From NCBI GenBank assembly GCA_947311745.1, contig CAMZLT010000163.1, positions 1-34,300 of the forward strand: 34,300 nucleotides of DNA, in the 5' to 3' direction. Below the pieces are notes generated by a model. That model made no database searches and had not been told where the DNA came from. It worked only from the letters and a program-made list of their open reading frames with translations. Made by a program: the position numbers and the translations under genes. This DNA is from an uncultured Flavobacteriaceae bacterium. Lineage in GTDB: Bacteria; Bacteroidota; Bacteroidia; Flavobacteriales; Flavobacteriaceae. Each line of letters opens with the position of its first letter. Within the stretch, counting starts at the first letter, position 1. Shown piece after piece: positions 33,072-34,300 of the stretch.

Positions 33072-33932
33072 TTAGACTTTGTTAACTATTGGTTTTTTGT
33101 TCTTATAACATTCGGTTTTGTATTCAGTTAAATTCTCTACAAACTTCGCAATAATTTCTATAAGTTTTTTTTTCTCGGAAACAGAAATGAAATTCAAGTT
33201 ACTATTTGAAAGTTTAAAGTCGGATGAAATATAAATACTATTTTGGTTAGCATAAACATGAAACCCATTATAATTGTATTTTTCCTTAAAATTATTAAAT
33301 TTTTCAAATTCTAAGCTAGAAATTATTCCTGCAATGTAAATTAAATTACTCCCTTTATTAATGTCAAGGTAATATTGATTATCTACATTGAATTCAATTG
33401 TTCCATTTCTATACCTTGTGTTTACACTTCGATTGAATTTGTTCGATAAAAAATTAGAAAGAATTACAGAAAAATTTTCTTTTGCTAAATATAAGTCCTC
33501 TTCATTTGGTTTTGATAATTCAATATTTGGTTCTAAATATTTTTTTATAAAACCTTTTAATTCTGATAGTTCTTGTTCCGTATGATAAATTGAGCCAAAT
33601 TCGATTGCTTTTAAATTGGAACTAGTTAGTAAATTCATAGATGATACTACACCAAACTTCTCATTAAAATATAATTTCGCGTGTAAATTTCTTATTAATT
33701 TTGGTTTTAGTCCTAATTGTTCAATTTGTTCCCAACTTTTGAAATTTTCATTATCTAACCTTGCATAAAATTCAATTTGAATTCCTCTTTTTATTGCGTT
33801 CAAAATATCAATTTTTATTCTATCCCAATTCTTGAAATTAACATAAGGAGAAACCAAGACAATATATTCTTCTGCTTCATTGATTAGGTTAAGAATAGTA
33901 CTTGTAATTTGATATGGAGGAATTATTTTCAT
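33072..33932 (-). CDS. Single-HKD phospholipase-D-superfamily (Nuc-like) protein with an uncharacterised C-terminal domain
   Basis: HKD signature LHAKLYFNEKFGVVSSMNL, i.e. H-x-K-x4-[DN/E]...S-x-N, at nt 33633-33683. The ATG at 33932 (MKIIPPY) is preferred over the track's TTG at 33956. The C-terminal ~150 aa has no motif I recognise. Confidence 0.6.
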   Translation of the reverse strand: MKIIPPYQITSTILNLINEAEEYIVLVSPYVNFKNWDRIKIDILNAIKRGIQIEFYARLDNENFKSWEQIEQLGLKPKLIRNLHAKLYFNEKFGVVSSMNLLTSSNLKAIEFGSIYHTEQELSELKGFIKKYLEPNIELSKPNEEDLYLAKENFSVILSNFLSNKFNRSVNTRYRNGTIEFNVDNQYYLDINKGSNLIYIAGIISSLEFEKFNNFKEKYNYNGFHVYANQNSIYISSDFKLSNSNLNFISVSEKKKLIEIIAKFVENLTEYKTECYKNKKPIVNKV

Positions 33933-34104
33933 TTGGAGTTTTGTTTTAGTTAACAATTGACGTAAAATTAGACTGATTTTTTGTTTTATACAGATAAATA
34001 TAAAAAAAATGTTTCTTTTTTAATAGTAAAACATACCAAAAACCATTCACACACTAAATTAAACCATTCATCCTAATTTTAAATTTTTTATCAATATTTA
34101 CTTT

Positions 34105-34112
34105 TATCTTTG
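34105..34112 (+). promoter_or_regulatory. Bacteroidetes -7 promoter box
   Basis: TATCTTTG is a perfect TAnnTTTG match, 30 nt upstream of the ATG at 34142. Confidence 0.45.
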
Positions 34113-34141
34113 TAGAGTAATCAAAGTTAAAATAATTTAGT

Positions 34142-34300
34142 ATGATACGTTTTATAATCTCTTTAACCATTGCAATTTTTTCGGTTGTTACTTCCGTTTT
34201 TGCACAAGATATTACAGGAAATTGGTATGGAAAACTAGAAATTCCGCAACAAAAAATACGAATTAATTTTAGTATTTTAAAAAACAACAATACGTATAAA
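34142..34300 (+). CDS. N-terminal fragment of a secreted protein (possibly alpha/beta-hydrolase type); continues beyond the window
   Basis: The ATG at 34142 gives MIRFIISLTIAIFSVVTSVFA|QDITGNWYGKLEIPQQKIRINF.., a clean Sec signal with a Q-rule cleavage site. The frame is open to the window end. It replaces the antisense 34054-34290 track ORF. Confidence 0.55.
   Translation, partial: MIRFIISLTIAIFSVVTSVFAQDITGNWYGKLEIPQQKIRINFSILKNNNTYK

Noticed and set aside
34054-34290. 78-aa minus-strand ORF from the track
   Set aside because: It is antisense to a much better plus-strand start (ATG 34142). That start has a textbook signal peptide, a Q-rule cleavage site and a perfect TAnnTTTG box 30 nt upstream.
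1-34300. CRISPR arrays, rRNA genes, IS elements, transposases or prophage genes
   Set aside because: I found no regularly spaced direct repeats, no rRNA-like conserved stretches and no DDE/tyrosine/serine recombinase-like ORFs on either strand.

Overview
Low-GC chromosomal window from a Bacteroidota, Flavobacteriia-type genome. Supporting signs are a T9SS C-terminal sorting domain, a DUF5103/T9SS-plug-like gene, a GH3-family gene, Gln at +1 of nearly every Sec signal peptide (Bacteroidetes Q-rule) and TAnnTTTG -7 promoter boxes. Most of the window is ordinary housekeeping: waaA (partial), a Crp/Fnr regulator with a yeeE/yedE pair, dxs, murI, tRNA-Leu(CAA), a pheA/aminotransferase/tyrA/DAHP-synthase-chorismate-mutase operon, uvrC, sufE, GH3, ruvC, a thioesterase, rlmN, comEC, an FG-GAP/T9SS protein, ThiF/MoeB-rhodanese, pth, rplY, prs, sufS and aat. 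I saw no rRNA, CRISPR array, transposase or integrase. The stand-out is a very AT-rich, translationally coupled six-gene minus-strand operon (4230-8172) with a divergent XRE regulator (8279-8515). It is headed by a 71-codon ORF for a leader-bearing peptide with a C-x3-C-x8-C-x9-C, Trp/Gly-rich, Lys-free 46-aa C-terminal part. Downstream come a propeller-like lipoprotein, a CARDB-like secreted protein, a CxxC thioredoxin-fold lipoprotein, a tandem-OmpA protein and a short private signal peptidase I. This architecture matches no bacteriocin or RiPP class I know, and it is my candidate for the undescribed system: a Sec-dependent, periplasmically matured, disulfide-locked peptide. Secondary points: a Tyr/Phe-rich (YYFYFFF) leader-peptide attenuator in front of the aromatic amino-acid operon; a CRP-like palindrome between the Crp/Fnr gene and yeeE; a gene-free convergent spacer with crossed terminators; and an orphan single-HKD (PLD-like) protein with an unknown C-terminal domain. 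All domain calls are motif-level readings by eye; no searches were run.
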